Source: Actinomycetales bacterium
GTDB lineage: Bacteria > Actinomycetota > Actinomycetes > JAJZTN01
Length of the DNA stretch: 59,211 bases
Direction: 5' to 3'
Assembly (NCBI GenBank): GCA_051960855.1
Contig: JBQCDV010000084.1
Location: 1 to 59,211 of the forward strand
Shown here: one piece after another, positions 32,399-42,138 of the stretch
How positions within the stretch are numbered: position 1 is the stretch's first letter
How the letters are laid out: each line of letters starts with the position of its first letter
Position numbers and translations under genes: made by a program
Notes under the pieces: model-generated
What the model was told of the DNA's origin: nothing
Databases searched by the model: none
Seen by the model: the letters and a program-made list of their open reading frames with translations, nothing else

Positions 32399-33409
32399 TT
32401 AGCCGGCGGCAGCGCGCCGCAGTCGGTCCATCACGGCTCGGCCGACCCCGGCCTCCGCCACGCCTTCCACGACGACCAGTTCCACGCCAACCATTTCAGC
32501 GCGACGCAACGCGTCGTAGAGCACGGCGGCCAGGTCCTCGGCATTTCCGAACGTCGCCAGTGTCGCGATCCCGTCGTGGTCGGCTGCCGGCTCGGTCCCA
32601 ACGAGGCCGACGAACACTCCCCCGGCTGCCGCGTCACGCGCCACCTTCAGCCCCCTGCCCGCAGGAGCGACGACGACCGGCACGTTGGGCGAGTAGTGGC
32701 GGTAGCGGGTGCCGGGAGAGGCAGCGGTGTCAGCTACGGCGGCGTTCGTCTCCGCGGCCGGAGCAGCGAGACCTAGCTGCTCCCTGGTCACACCGCCTTC
32801 CCGCAGGACGACGGCCCGCTCGCCGCGCGCGTCCACCACGGTCGACTCCACACCGATGCGGGTCGCGCCGCCGTCCAGCACAGCTGAGATGACGTCGCCG
32901 AGGTCGCTCATCACATGGTGGGCGGTTGTGGGTGAGGGACGGCCGGAGCGGTTCGCGCTCGGCGCCGCCAGCGGCAGGTCGGCGACCTTCAGCAGCTCGA
33001 GCGCCACCGGGTGGGCCGGGACGCGCACACCGACGCTGTCGAGACCGCCGGTGGTGACACGCGGCAGGTCCGGTCGCGCCGGCAGCACCAGCGTCAACGG
33101 TCCGGGCCACCACTGCTCGGCCAGCTCACGGGCCAGGGGGGTAATCGTCGCCGCGACGCGAAACACCTCGTCGATGTCGGCGACGTGGACGATCAGCGGG
33201 TTGTCGGCAGGGCGGCCCTTGGCCTCGAAGATGCCGGAAACGGCCGCCGCCGAGGTCGCGTCGGCGCCCAGGCCGTAGACGGTCTCGGTAGGAAACGCCA
33301 CGAGCCGACCAGCCCGCAGCAGTGTCGCCGCCTCCCCCACTCCCGACGGGTCAGCCGACAGCAGACGAGCGCGCGCACCAGCGACGTTCGGGACGGGGTT
33401 GTCGTCCAT
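32399..33409 (-). CDS. sua5: L-threonylcarbamoyladenylate synthase (Sua5/TsaC2)
   Basis: FPTETVYGLGA, KGRPADNPLIVH, WPGPLT, APSANRSG, SPGTRYRHYSP. Confidence 0.94.
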   Translation of the reverse strand: MDDNPVPNVAGARARLLSADPSGVGEAATLLRAGRLVAFPTETVYGLGADATSAAAVSGIFEAKGRPADNPLIVHVADIDEVFRVAATITPLARELAEQWWPGPLTLVLPARPDLPRVTTGGLDSVGVRVPAHPVALELLKVADLPLAAPSANRSGRPSPTTAHHVMSDLGDVISAVLDGGATRIGVESTVVDARGERAVVLREGGVTREQLGLAAPAAETNAAVADTAASPGTRYRHYSPNVPVVVAPAGRGLKVARDAAAGGVFVGLVGTEPAADHDGIATLATFGNAEDLAAVLYDALRRAEMVGVELVVVEGVAEAGVGRAVMDRLRRAAAG

Positions 33410-33419
33410 CGGACGAGAA

Positions 33420-34535
33420 CTAGGCGGTGGCCGTGTCCTGCTGACGGCGCCAGCGGATCCCCGCCTCGATGAAGGTGTCGATGTCCCCGTCGAACACTGC
33501 GCTGGGGTTGCTGACCTCGTACTCGGTCCGCAGGTCCTTGACCATCTGGTACGGGTGCAGCACGTAGGAGCGCATCTGGTTGCCCCAGGAGCCGGAGTTG
33601 TCGCTGCGGAGCGCATCCATCTGCGCCTTCTCCTCCTGGCGGCGGCGCTCCAGCAGCCGCGACTGCAGGACGCGGAGAGCGGCGGCACGGTTCTGGATCT
33701 GGGACTTCTCGTTCTGACACGACACGACGATGCCGGTGGGCAGGTGCGTGATGCGCACCGCCGAGTCGGTCGTGTTGACGCTCTGGCCGCCGGGCCCGCT
33801 GGAACGGAAGACGTCGATGCGGATGTCGGTCTCGGGGATGTCGATGTGGTCGGTCGTCTCGGTAACCGGGAGGACCTCGACGCCAGCGAAGGAGGTCTGG
33901 CGCCGACCCTGGTTGTCGAAGGGGCTGATCCGCACGAGGCGGTGAGTGCCCATCTCCACCGAAAGAGTGCCGTAGGCGTAGGGCGCCTTGACCGCGAAGG
34001 TCGCCGACTTGATGCCGGCCTCCTCGGCGTAGGAGGTGTCGTAGACCTCCACCGGGTAGCCGTGGCGCTCGGCCCAGCGCAGGTACATCCGCTCGAGCAT
34101 CTCCGCGAAGTCCGCGGCGTCGACGCCACCGGCCTCGGCGCGGATGGTCACCAGGGCCTCGCGGGGGTCGTACTCGCCGTTGAGCAGGGTGCGGACCTCG
34201 AGCTCACCGATCGAGGCCCTCAGGCTCTCGAGCTCGCGGCGTGCCTCGGCGCGGGTGCCCTCGTCGTCGGCGTCCTCGGCGAGCTCCCACAGCACCTCGA
34301 GGTCGTCCACGCGCTGGCGCAGCCCGGTGACCTTGTTGAGCTCGGCCTGGGCAGCCGACAGCTTGCTCGTCACCTGCTGCGCGCGCTCCTGGTCGTCCCA
34401 CAGGTTGGGCGCGGCGGCGGCCTCCTCGAGCTCGGCCACCGTGCGGCGCAGCGCCTCGAGGTCGACAACGGCCTCAATCGAGCTCAGCGTCGTCTCGAGC
34501 TCCTTGAGCTCGGCGGAGAAGTCTTCGGCAGCCAC
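33420..34535 (-). CDS. prfB: Peptide chain release factor 2
   Basis: ISPF anticodon-mimic motif and GPGGQ; single continuous frame. Confidence 0.97.
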   Translation of the reverse strand: MAAEDFSAELKELETTLSSIEAVVDLEALRRTVAELEEAAAAPNLWDDQERAQQVTSKLSAAQAELNKVTGLRQRVDDLEVLWELAEDADDEGTRAEARRELESLRASIGELEVRTLLNGEYDPREALVTIRAEAGGVDAADFAEMLERMYLRWAERHGYPVEVYDTSYAEEAGIKSATFAVKAPYAYGTLSVEMGTHRLVRISPFDNQGRRQTSFAGVEVLPVTETTDHIDIPETDIRIDVFRSSGPGGQSVNTTDSAVRITHLPTGIVVSCQNEKSQIQNRAAALRVLQSRLLERRRQEEKAQMDALRSDNSGSWGNQMRSYVLHPYQMVKDLRTEYEVSNPSAVFDGDIDTFIEAGIRWRRQQDTATA

Positions 34536-34695
34536 GTCGATCCAGGGTACGCGACCGCCGCCGCGCGGACCGACCGTCGACGGGGCACGCGTGGTCGCAC
34601 GTCGCCCCAACCGTCCCCGTCCGGTGCCTCCGGGTGCCTTCGGGGCGTCCGGGGCATCCGCGGCGTCGGGGGCCACGCGGATGCCTTCGCGGCGC

Positions 34696-34760
34696 CCGGG
34701 GGACCTGAGCTGGCGCTCCGGGGGACCTCAGCTGGCTATAGGCGGTCTCAGGTCCCCCGG
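34696..34760. repeat. Two direct + one inverted REP-like repeat
   Basis: CCGGGGGACCTGAGCTGGC (34696), CCGGGGGACCTCAGCTGGC (34718), inverted CTCAGGTCCCCCGG (34747-34760). Confidence 0.75.
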
Positions 34761-34817
34761 ACCAGTACGCCTCCAGCATGACCGCGCCGGCGAGCACCCC
34801 GCTGAGAGGCTTGCCCG

Positions 34818-35594
34818 ATGATCGCCCGCCCTGCCTCATGCGTCCTCGGCGTCGACGCCTGCCCGAAGGGCTGGGTCGCAGCCCTCACCTCTCCCGACGC
34901 GCCGTCCTCCGGCTGTCGGCTGCTGCTGGGCGCCACGATCGCCGAGGTCGTCAACGCGGCGAGTGACCTGGCAGCGCCCGTCGTGATCGGCATCGACATC
35001 CCGATCGGCCTGCCCACCGCCGCCCGGCGCCGAGCCGACGAGGCCGTCCGCGTCGCCCTTGGCAGTCGTCGCTCCTCGCTCTTCCTGACCCCGACGCGCG
35101 CGGCGCTCGAGGCACCGACCTATGCGGAGGCCCGCGAGACCAACCTGCGCCTGACCGGCGAGAGCGTCTCGGCACAGTCCTACGCCTTGCGCGGCAAGAT
35201 CCTCGAGGTCGACCGCTGGCTCGCCTCCGGTGCCGCCGGGGAGACAAAGGTCGTCGAAGTGCACCCTGAGACATCGTTCGGATTCCTGAACGCCGCAGCG
35301 ACGGCTGAGGCGGTCCCCTGCCTGCCGCTCACTGCGCCCAAGACGTCGCTCACCGGTGTCGTCGAGCGCCAGCAGCTGCTGACCGAGGCCGGGCTGCTGC
35401 CCTTCGACGACCCGGAGAGGGTGGCCGCGCGGGCGGGGGTTGCCGCCGACGACGTCCTCGACGCCATCGCGGCCTCGTGGACAGCGGTTCGCGTCGCTGG
35501 GGGCGCTGCGTACCGCTTCCCGGCCGGCGGCGACGCCGTCGCCTCGCCGCCTCTCGCCTCAACCGACGACTCTGGCGGCCTCATCTGGGCCTGA
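34818..35594 (+). CDS. DUF429 domain protein (RNase H-like fold)
   Basis: LGVDACPKGW, IGIDIPIGL, EVHPE, DDVLDA. Confidence 0.87.
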   Translation: MIARPASCVLGVDACPKGWVAALTSPDAPSSGCRLLLGATIAEVVNAASDLAAPVVIGIDIPIGLPTAARRRADEAVRVALGSRRSSLFLTPTRAALEAPTYAEARETNLRLTGESVSAQSYALRGKILEVDRWLASGAAGETKVVEVHPETSFGFLNAAATAEAVPCLPLTAPKTSLTGVVERQQLLTEAGLLPFDDPERVAARAGVAADDVLDAIAASWTAVRVAGGAAYRFPAGGDAVASPPLASTDDSGGLIWA

Positions 35595-35686
35595 CGTCTT
35601 GATCGCCCTCAGCCCCACGCCGCCGGGCATGTGGGCCGTAGGCCCTCTCGACTCGGCCATTCTCCCCCGCGACGGGCCCGGGCTGC

Positions 35687-36055
35687 ATGTCCCTGCCTGA
35701 GAAGACCTGCGAGGCGTGCGGTGGGCGCATCGTCTGGCGCAAGACGTGGGAGCGCGACTGGGACCAGGTCCGCTACTGCTCCGACGCCTGCCGCTGCGCC
35801 AAGGTCTCGCCTCAGGACCGCCAGCTGGAGCGGACCATCCTCGACCTCGTGGAGCAGCGGAGCTCCACAGCAACCATCTGCCCGTACGAGGCAGCTCGAG
35901 CCGTCGGCGGAGACGAGTGGCGCGAACTGGTGGAGCCAGGCCGACGCGCGGCACGGCGGCTGGTTGCACAGGGCCAGGTCGAGATCACGCAGGGCGGTAG
36001 CGTCGTCGACCCGTCCACGGCCAAGGGACCCATCCGGATCCGCCGCAGCGACTGA
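35687..36055 (+). CDS. DUF2256 + DUF3253 domain protein
   Basis: [10 protein letters not shown]...[11 protein letters not shown] followed by [11 protein letters not shown]...KGPIRIR. Confidence 0.85.
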   Translation: MSLPEKTCEACGGRIVWRKTWERDWDQVRYCSDACRCAKVSPQDRQLERTILDLVEQRSSTATICPYEAARAVGGDEWRELVEPGRRAARRLVAQGQVEITQGGSVVDPSTAKGPIRIRRSD

Positions 36056-36440
36056 CGCCCCGTCGCTCCCTCTCACGCCGGCGCAAGCACGACACCCAGG
36101 TGTCCGGGAAAGCGGGTCAGGCTCCGTCATGTCGACAGCCGGGGCCGACCCGGTGCGCGTGGCGCTGCCGGTCGACATCAGCGGCGCAGTGGTTGGCGTC
36201 GACCCGGGCCAAGGTGTCCAGTTGAAGCCCGACCGTGCACCGCCAGCACCTCGTGCACGCGGCGAGCGCAGGCAGCGTCGTTCGCGAGGTGGACGATGAG
36301 GTCGAGGCCGGCGGCGGCGACAGCCGGAACGATGAAGTGGTGGTTGACGGTGGGGCCCGCCAAAGTCAGAAAGGGAGAGTGCAAGAGAGGGCGCAGGGCA
36401 GGGCCAAGCCGTCGAAGCCGTGCAACACGCCGCACACGTC

Positions 36441-36484
36441 ACTTGACGCTATCCGACCTCACATGAGGTAGCGTTTCGTCAAGT
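36441..36484. promoter_or_regulatory. Concentric 44-bp imperfect palindrome (operator or att-like site)
   Basis: ACTTGACG-N7-ACCTCA-CA-TGAGGT-N7-CGTCAAGT; both arm pairs share one centre; 27 bp upstream of the 36512 start. Confidence 0.7.
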
Positions 36485-36511
36485 TCGCCTTGGACTGACA
36501 GGAGAGACCCG

Positions 36512-37168
36512 ATGACGATCGTCGCAGTCGACGGTACCGCCGAGCACCGACTCCACGCACTCGGTCTCTCGACCCATCAGATCGCACGCGCACTCCTGCG
36601 CGCCGACGCCGAGGCCAAGCACTCGACCGGCCTCGAGCCTCCGACGGCCGAGGGCACGATCCGCTACTTCAAGACCGTGCGGTTCCTCCGCGAGGAACTG
36701 GTTCCGCACGGGTGGGGGACCAACGACTACAAGAACTTCTGCCGCACGGTGGACCCCAACCACGGGTTCTCGATCGTGACTAGCTCCGGGGACGAGGTCA
36801 CCGGGGTGGAGATCCCGGGCAGGGTGCCGCGCACCAAGTACCCCAAGGGCGAGCTCACCGCACTGGCGGTGCGACAGAACGCTGAGCAGGGCGCGCTCGA
36901 CCTCGGCGAGGAGTTCGCCGAGCCGACCGTTGAGCCGGCCGAGCTCGAGAACGTTTGGTTCCTGCTCCAGCGAGTCACTTCGGACTACATCTACTCCGAG
37001 CTTTCGCTCCCGGTCCGCATCGAGGACGGGACGATCACAGAGTGGGAGGAGCGCATCCTCCTCCCCCGCGTCGACCGCCAGGACCCCGAGACGACCGGCA
37101 CCAGCACGATCGAGGAGCCCCCGGCCAGCGACGGCGATGCTTACTCGGTCGACGTCGCAATGCGCTGA
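36512..37168 (+). CDS. Hypothetical protein paired with XRE-ImmA regulator (putative toxin/effector)
   Basis: AGGAGA RBS, coding-like GC3 bias, 33 bp from the downstream gene; no family recognised. Confidence 0.75.
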   Translation: MTIVAVDGTAEHRLHALGLSTHQIARALLRADAEAKHSTGLEPPTAEGTIRYFKTVRFLREELVPHGWGTNDYKNFCRTVDPNHGFSIVTSSGDEVTGVEIPGRVPRTKYPKGELTALAVRQNAEQGALDLGEEFAEPTVEPAELENVWFLLQRVTSDYIYSELSLPVRIEDGTITEWEERILLPRVDRQDPETTGTSTIEEPPASDGDAYSVDVAMR

Positions 37169-37201
37169 GACCGGCCCGCCAGAGATCAAGGCATCATCGC
37201 C

Positions 37202-38287
37202 ATGCTGAACCCCACCCGTTTGGCTGCGGCACGCAAGCGCCGCGGCTGGACCCTGACCAAGCTCGCCCAGGAGACCGGGCTGAGCCGCGCCAGCCTGTCG
37301 ACCTACGAGAACCAGCACCAAGACCCGGCCCCGCAGACCCTCATCACCCTTGCGACCGCACTCGGCGTCGCCGAGGACTTCCTCACCGGTGACGATCTGG
37401 ACGAGATCCCTGTCGGGGCCGTCAGTTTCCGGGCTTTGAGCAAGATGACCGCACGCACGCGGGATCGCGGCCTCAACTCGGGGCGGCTCGCGATCCTCAT
37501 CAACGACTGGCTCGAGGATCGATTCGATCTCCCGGTCGCTGATGTCCCTTCTCTGACGGGTCGCCTTCCAGAGATCGCGGCCCAAGAGGTACGTGCGCGC
37601 TGGGGCTTGGGCGAGCAGCCGATCGGCAACCTAGTGCACCTGCTAGAGGCCCACGGAATCCGGGTCTTTTCGTTGACAGACGACACCAAGGATCTCGATG
37701 CGTACTGCCTGAACTGGCACGGCCGGCCATTCATCTTCCTTAGCCGCGAGAAGTCCGGTGAGCGACACCGGTTCAACGCCGCCCATGAGCTCGGCCATCT
37801 CGTGCTTCACGGCGAGGACGGCATCCCAAACGGCCCCCAGGCCGAGACGGAGGCGAACCAGTTCGCAGCGGCGTTCCTCATGCCTCGAGCTGGGGTGCTC
37901 ACCCAGGGCCTCCGCAACGCCCATGTGGAGCGGATCCTCCAGGCGAAGAAGCGTTGGAACGTCGCAGCCATGGCGATGGCGCACCGAGCCAACGAGCTCG
38001 GCCTGATGACCGAGTGGGCCTACCGCACTGCGTGCGTCGATCTGTCCAGGATGGGCTACCGGCGAGGCGAGCCAGGAGGGATCGCGCACGAGTCTTCCCA
38101 GCTGTTGACCAAGGTCATGCAGCAGCTGCGCGCACACGGCCTCGGCCCGCACACCATCGCGACCGACCTCGGGCTCGACGTCGAGGAAGTGCAGGCCTAC
38201 ATGCTCGGACTCACCCCCACGGCTGTTGCTGGCGTGCCGAGCACACCTGGCCGCACCCGCTCGGACCACCTTCGCCTGGTCGACTGA
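37202..38287 (+). CDS. XRE HTH + ImmA/IrrE family metallopeptidase (COG2856)
   Basis: ARKRRGWTLTKLAQETGLSRASLSTYEN HTH; RHRFNAAHELGH; ETEANQFAAAFLMP. Confidence 0.93.
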   Translation: MLNPTRLAAARKRRGWTLTKLAQETGLSRASLSTYENQHQDPAPQTLITLATALGVAEDFLTGDDLDEIPVGAVSFRALSKMTARTRDRGLNSGRLAILINDWLEDRFDLPVADVPSLTGRLPEIAAQEVRARWGLGEQPIGNLVHLLEAHGIRVFSLTDDTKDLDAYCLNWHGRPFIFLSREKSGERHRFNAAHELGHLVLHGEDGIPNGPQAETEANQFAAAFLMPRAGVLTQGLRNAHVERILQAKKRWNVAAMAMAHRANELGLMTEWAYRTACVDLSRMGYRRGEPGGIAHESSQLLTKVMQQLRAHGLGPHTIATDLGLDVEEVQAYMLGLTPTAVAGVPSTPGRTRSDHLRLVD

Positions 38288-38389
38288 CGGGGCCCCCACC
38301 GCGAACCCGAGGAGCCCGATGATCAACACCTGCGCAGGGTCCCCTTGCGGTGACGACACCCGTGCCGCCGGTTCACAGCGGAGCTGCTG

Positions 38390-39814
38390 ATGCGCTTCTC
38401 GAGGGCGTTCAAGATCTCCCGCGGACCGCGGGAGGACTGGTTCGATCCCGACCTGAGCGTCGACACCAGGTTGTTCTTGGACCCGTTCCTGCTGCTGAAA
38501 GCCGGGAGGACGTGGGTCAGAGCGCACGAGGACCTGGTCTCGCACTTCGCGCACTGCTACGCGTTGGTGGCCAAGGCCCAGGGCCCGAAATCGCTCTCGG
38601 CCAAGGCTGCGCATCGGCTGCTGACCTTTCCCGAGCCGTACGAGTTCGGCCTCGGGTACACCGCCGCCTCCACTCGTGGATCGGGTGGTGGCCTGATGCA
38701 AGCACACTCGATCGCGGACGGGATCGCCGTCGCCGTCGTGGCCGGGCTCATCGAGCCCGAGCACATCGAAGAGATCGGGATCCTCAACGAGGGATTCGGA
38801 GCCGACCGGATCTCTGACGCGACCCTCAACGTCCTCAAGGCGCGGTTCATCACCTACACCCAGACCATCGCCGCCCGGCACGATGTTGCGTTGCAAAAAC
38901 ACCAGGTGCGCAACGCCGGCGTGGACCTCGCGGCAGCACGGTGGTGCGACGACGTCGTCGAGCTGCCCACCAATCCCGTCACCGGAGACCCGATCCTGCT
39001 GGTTCCCAAGAAACTGCTGCGGGACCTGCCCACACTCAACGCCGAGGACTGGTTCCAGTCCGACGTCAACGACGAGGTCAGGACCTACCTCAACCTCAAG
39101 GTGGGGCAGAGCATCCCGAAGCGGGAGATCGTGAAGCTCGCCCGTCGCAATCCTGAGCAGGTGCGCGAATGGGCACGGCGGCAGACCACCCGGACCGACC
39201 TCACCGGGTACAACTTCGGTGAGGACCCACGAGGCGTGGTCAACTACGACACCGCGACCGTCGAGTTCGCCCACACACATCCCCTCCCGGAGACCGCCCC
39301 GCCGAGGAACCAGGCCGAGCTGTCAACGCTGGTCGGGAGAGTCTTGGGCAACTTCAAGACCTTCGTCGAGCAGGGTGGTGGCTGGAGGTTGCTGTGGAAC
39401 AGCGACGGCAGCGAGAAGAACGAGGACGCCGCACAGTTGCTGTTCATGGGCATGGCACGCGAGTACCTGCGCCTGTACGGCGTCGAAGTCGACCGCGAGG
39501 TCGAACTCGGCCGCGGGCCCGTGGACTTCAAAGTCTCCGCCGGCTACAACATCCGCCTGCTCATCGAGGTGAAGAAGGCCCACACCGGCACCTTCTGGAA
39601 CGGCCTCAACGACCAGCTCCCCAGCTACCTGACCTCCGACGACACCGGCGAGGGTTGGCTCGTCGCGATCCGCTACCGCGACGCCAAGAGCACCACCGAT
39701 CGCCTCACGCAGCTCCCCACGGCGGTGACCCAGGCGGCCGACCGCACCGGCATGAGCCTCCACTACATCGCCATCGACGGCCGGCGACCCCTCTCGGCCT
39801 CCAAGATCAGATGA
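38390..39814 (+). CDS. Hypothetical protein with C-terminal PD-(D/E)xK nuclease domain
   Basis: REVELGRGPVDF...LIEVKK...QLPSY restriction-endonuclease-fold motif; N-terminal DTRLFLDPFLL and DRISD motifs. Confidence 0.75.
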   Translation: MRFSRAFKISRGPREDWFDPDLSVDTRLFLDPFLLLKAGRTWVRAHEDLVSHFAHCYALVAKAQGPKSLSAKAAHRLLTFPEPYEFGLGYTAASTRGSGGGLMQAHSIADGIAVAVVAGLIEPEHIEEIGILNEGFGADRISDATLNVLKARFITYTQTIAARHDVALQKHQVRNAGVDLAAARWCDDVVELPTNPVTGDPILLVPKKLLRDLPTLNAEDWFQSDVNDEVRTYLNLKVGQSIPKREIVKLARRNPEQVREWARRQTTRTDLTGYNFGEDPRGVVNYDTATVEFAHTHPLPETAPPRNQAELSTLVGRVLGNFKTFVEQGGGWRLLWNSDGSEKNEDAAQLLFMGMAREYLRLYGVEVDREVELGRGPVDFKVSAGYNIRLLIEVKKAHTGTFWNGLNDQLPSYLTSDDTGEGWLVAIRYRDAKSTTDRLTQLPTAVTQAADRTGMSLHYIAIDGRRPLSASKIR

Positions 39815-40103
39815 CCGTATGACATGCCGCGGCGGAGGCCCGGAAGTCGTATCCGGCCCGCGCCGAGGTCTCGAGGACCGCTGCGGCCGGCTGAATGGGC
39901 CGCCGCCTATCGACACTGCCCAGCGCGACCACGTGCTCTCCCTCGATCTTGATTAGCTGCAGCTACTGCTCGCCATCGGCCGGGATCGCCAATCCCGGGC
40001 AGTCCGGCCGCAGGCACGGTCCGAACAGCGCGTCGACTGCGAGGTGTGCAGCCAACTCATCGGTCACCGGGGCGAGCACTGGACGGTGTGCTTGGACGGC
40101 CAT
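39808..40103 (-). pseudogene. Possible degraded gene fragment
   Basis: ATG at 40103 reads MAVQAHRPVLAPVTDELAAHLAVDALFGPCLRPDCPG..., in-frame TAG at 39963-39965, then continues LQLIKIEGEHVVALGSV. Confidence 0.3.
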
Positions 40104-40591
40104 GGCCCCAAGTTAGGTCCGGGATTACTGCGCCGCCAGATCTGTCGCGGCGCCTGTGGAAACCGACAGAACCGAATGACCGACGGTTGCCGCCGGGCGC
40201 CGCCCAAAATCATCGGAGGGATGCACATTCACACTCAGATCGAGCTGGGTGGCCATCGCCCCTGGCAGCAGCGGCAGGGTGCACAGCTTCGCCAGCGCGT
40301 CGCAGGCTGAGTTGGCGTGGATGGTGCACGTGCCGGGCGACCCTGGCATTGCAAATGGCAATCACGATGGAGCCTGTCTCGAGAGTCGTAGGAGCCGTGA
40401 CATCCCGCCTCAGCACGCATCCGCACGCCCAGCGACTCTGGCCCTCTCCGGGCGTGCTGTCCGATGTCTTTCATGGAGCGGCCTAGGGGAAGCGGGAGTA
40501 CAAGGGCGAGCTATTCGACGCTGGCTGGGAGCCGATCCTCGACGTGGAGAAGCGGAACCGCCTGAACGACCTGCTGCGCAACCAGTCCCGA

Positions 40592-40893
40592 GTGACTCGA
40601 AGGCACCAGGCGACATGGCCTTCAGGACGTCCAGCAACTGGTCCTTCCGCGACTGCTCGGTGTCCTCAAGGTCCTCTGAGACCTCGTCGTCCTCGGTGCC
40701 GGTGACCTGATCCTCGGCCCGACGCGTCTTGCGATCCTGAGCACGCTTCCGTGAACTCTCCCGCTTGAGGTCCTCGACGTCCTGCTCGGTGACGGACCAC
40801 CCCGGCGGGGTCAGGGCCGACACACCTCGCGAAGAGTTCTCAATCAGCCCCAGCGCCTCGGCGAGCGTCCTCGCCCAAGGTAGGCGGGACTCC
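40592..40893 (-). pseudogene. mrr: Mrr (type IV restriction) N-terminal remnant
   Basis: SRLPWARTL...GLIENSSRGVSALT (Mrr_N) and LLDVLKAMSPGAFE; catalytic domain and normal start absent. Confidence 0.8.
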
Positions 40894-41204
40894 CCCTCCG
40901 TTCGGCTGCCGGCCGCCGTTGTCACGCTGTTCCCCCGGCGGGGAAGCGCTGCGGGGGCCCATCTGCACCCGGCGATCACGCTCGGTCCTGCATGGAAGGG
41001 CGGCCACACCTAGGCAGGGATGTGGTTCGTCTGCCCGCTGCTGCAATAGCCTTTGCTTGGCGCCGGTCCGCTGCATCCCCCGTCTGCGGCCCGGCGCCTC
41101 TTCGCGCCGGCAGGCGAGCACGATCGACCAGCGGTCGAACATTTCCCGGTCGCGGCGTCGAAGGATTGGATGCATCCGGGCTGGCGCCCGGCACGGTGCC
41201 TCTC

Positions 41205-42071
41205 GTGAATACCTCAACGGCTTGCGCCGGCGAACAGCCGTTCTCGAGCAGCCAGTCAGTTCCAGCGGCACGTGGACGCGGACGACGTGCCCCGAGGGTG
41301 TGTGGCGGGTGTGGGGAGGCGTTGGCGGGGAGCCGGTACCGGCAGGAGGGGATGCGGTGGTGTCGGCCGTGTGGGGAGTTGGTTCGGATGCGTCGTGAGG
41401 ACCGGCAGGTCTACCTGGCCGGTGCGGCACCGGATGACGCGCTGCTGCGCGCGGCCAAGTTGCCGGTCCCGGTGGCCTCCGACCTGGTTTCCGCGTTGAC
41501 GGTTCCACGGGCGAGCTCCCGGTCCAGGGTGGCGTCTGCCGCCACGGAGACGCTGGTCACCCTTGCCGGCACTGTTCCGGTGTTCCTGCCCGCGGTGGCG
41601 TTGGAGCTCGCCGAGCGTGGCGCTGCGCGGGAGCTCATCGGGTTGCCGGGCGTGGCCAGTGGCGCCTTCCGCACCATCGCGTGCGCGCTGGAGCATGACT
41701 CCAGCCTCAGCCTGGACGAACTGCGCGCGGTCGCCGCGAGCGACTATGCGGCTGCGCTGATTCCTCGCTGTTTTCTCGAGCTGCCCGAGCGGGACACCTT
41801 GGAGCTGGTCGTACCGCGGCTGTCGGATGCCGAGGCTGCGGACCTCGCGGCGCGGCGAACGGCCCCGGTGCATGCTCTGGCCGTCCTGGCGGCGGTAGGT
41901 CCGCGAGCGGCGAACGCGGTGGTCCGCGACCCACGTACCCCGGCTGCGGTGTTGGCTTTGATCGCGGCCCGCACGGACGACGCGAGCGCGCACGCGGTGG
42001 CGCTGGCGCTCGAGCACGCGAACGTCGACGGGTGGCAGTCGAGGACCACTACAGATCGGGCGACTCGATGA
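41205..42071 (+). CDS. Hypothetical protein, N-terminal CxxC/CxxC zinc ribbon plus Ala/Leu-rich helical region
   Basis: CGGC-x17-CRPC; AVVRDPRTPAAVLALIA resembles leucine-rich-variant repeats; start uncertain. Confidence 0.55.
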   Translation: MNTSTACAGEQPFSSSQSVPAARGRGRRAPRVCGGCGEALAGSRYRQEGMRWCRPCGELVRMRREDRQVYLAGAAPDDALLRAAKLPVPVASDLVSALTVPRASSRSRVASAATETLVTLAGTVPVFLPAVALELAERGAARELIGLPGVASGAFRTIACALEHDSSLSLDELRAVAASDYAAALIPRCFLELPERDTLELVVPRLSDAEAADLAARRTAPVHALAVLAAVGPRAANAVVRDPRTPAAVLALIAARTDDASAHAVALALEHANVDGWQSRTTTDRATR

Positions 42072-42138
42072 CTCTCCGTCGAGCCCTCGCATAGTCTGCG
42101 ACACGGAGGCAGCGACGTGAGGGGCCGGGAGAAATAAC

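Noticed and set aside
33420-34535. Programmed +1 frameshift in prfB
   Set aside because: The ORF is continuous, as is usual in Actinomycetota.
34536-34680. Possible 3' remnant of a TadG-like gene (ATTRAP...) upstream of prfB
   Set aside because: Too short and low-complexity to support.
36056-36440. Short ORFs between the DUF3253 gene and the island
   Set aside because: No RBS or recognisable family; possibly debris, but not supportable as genes.
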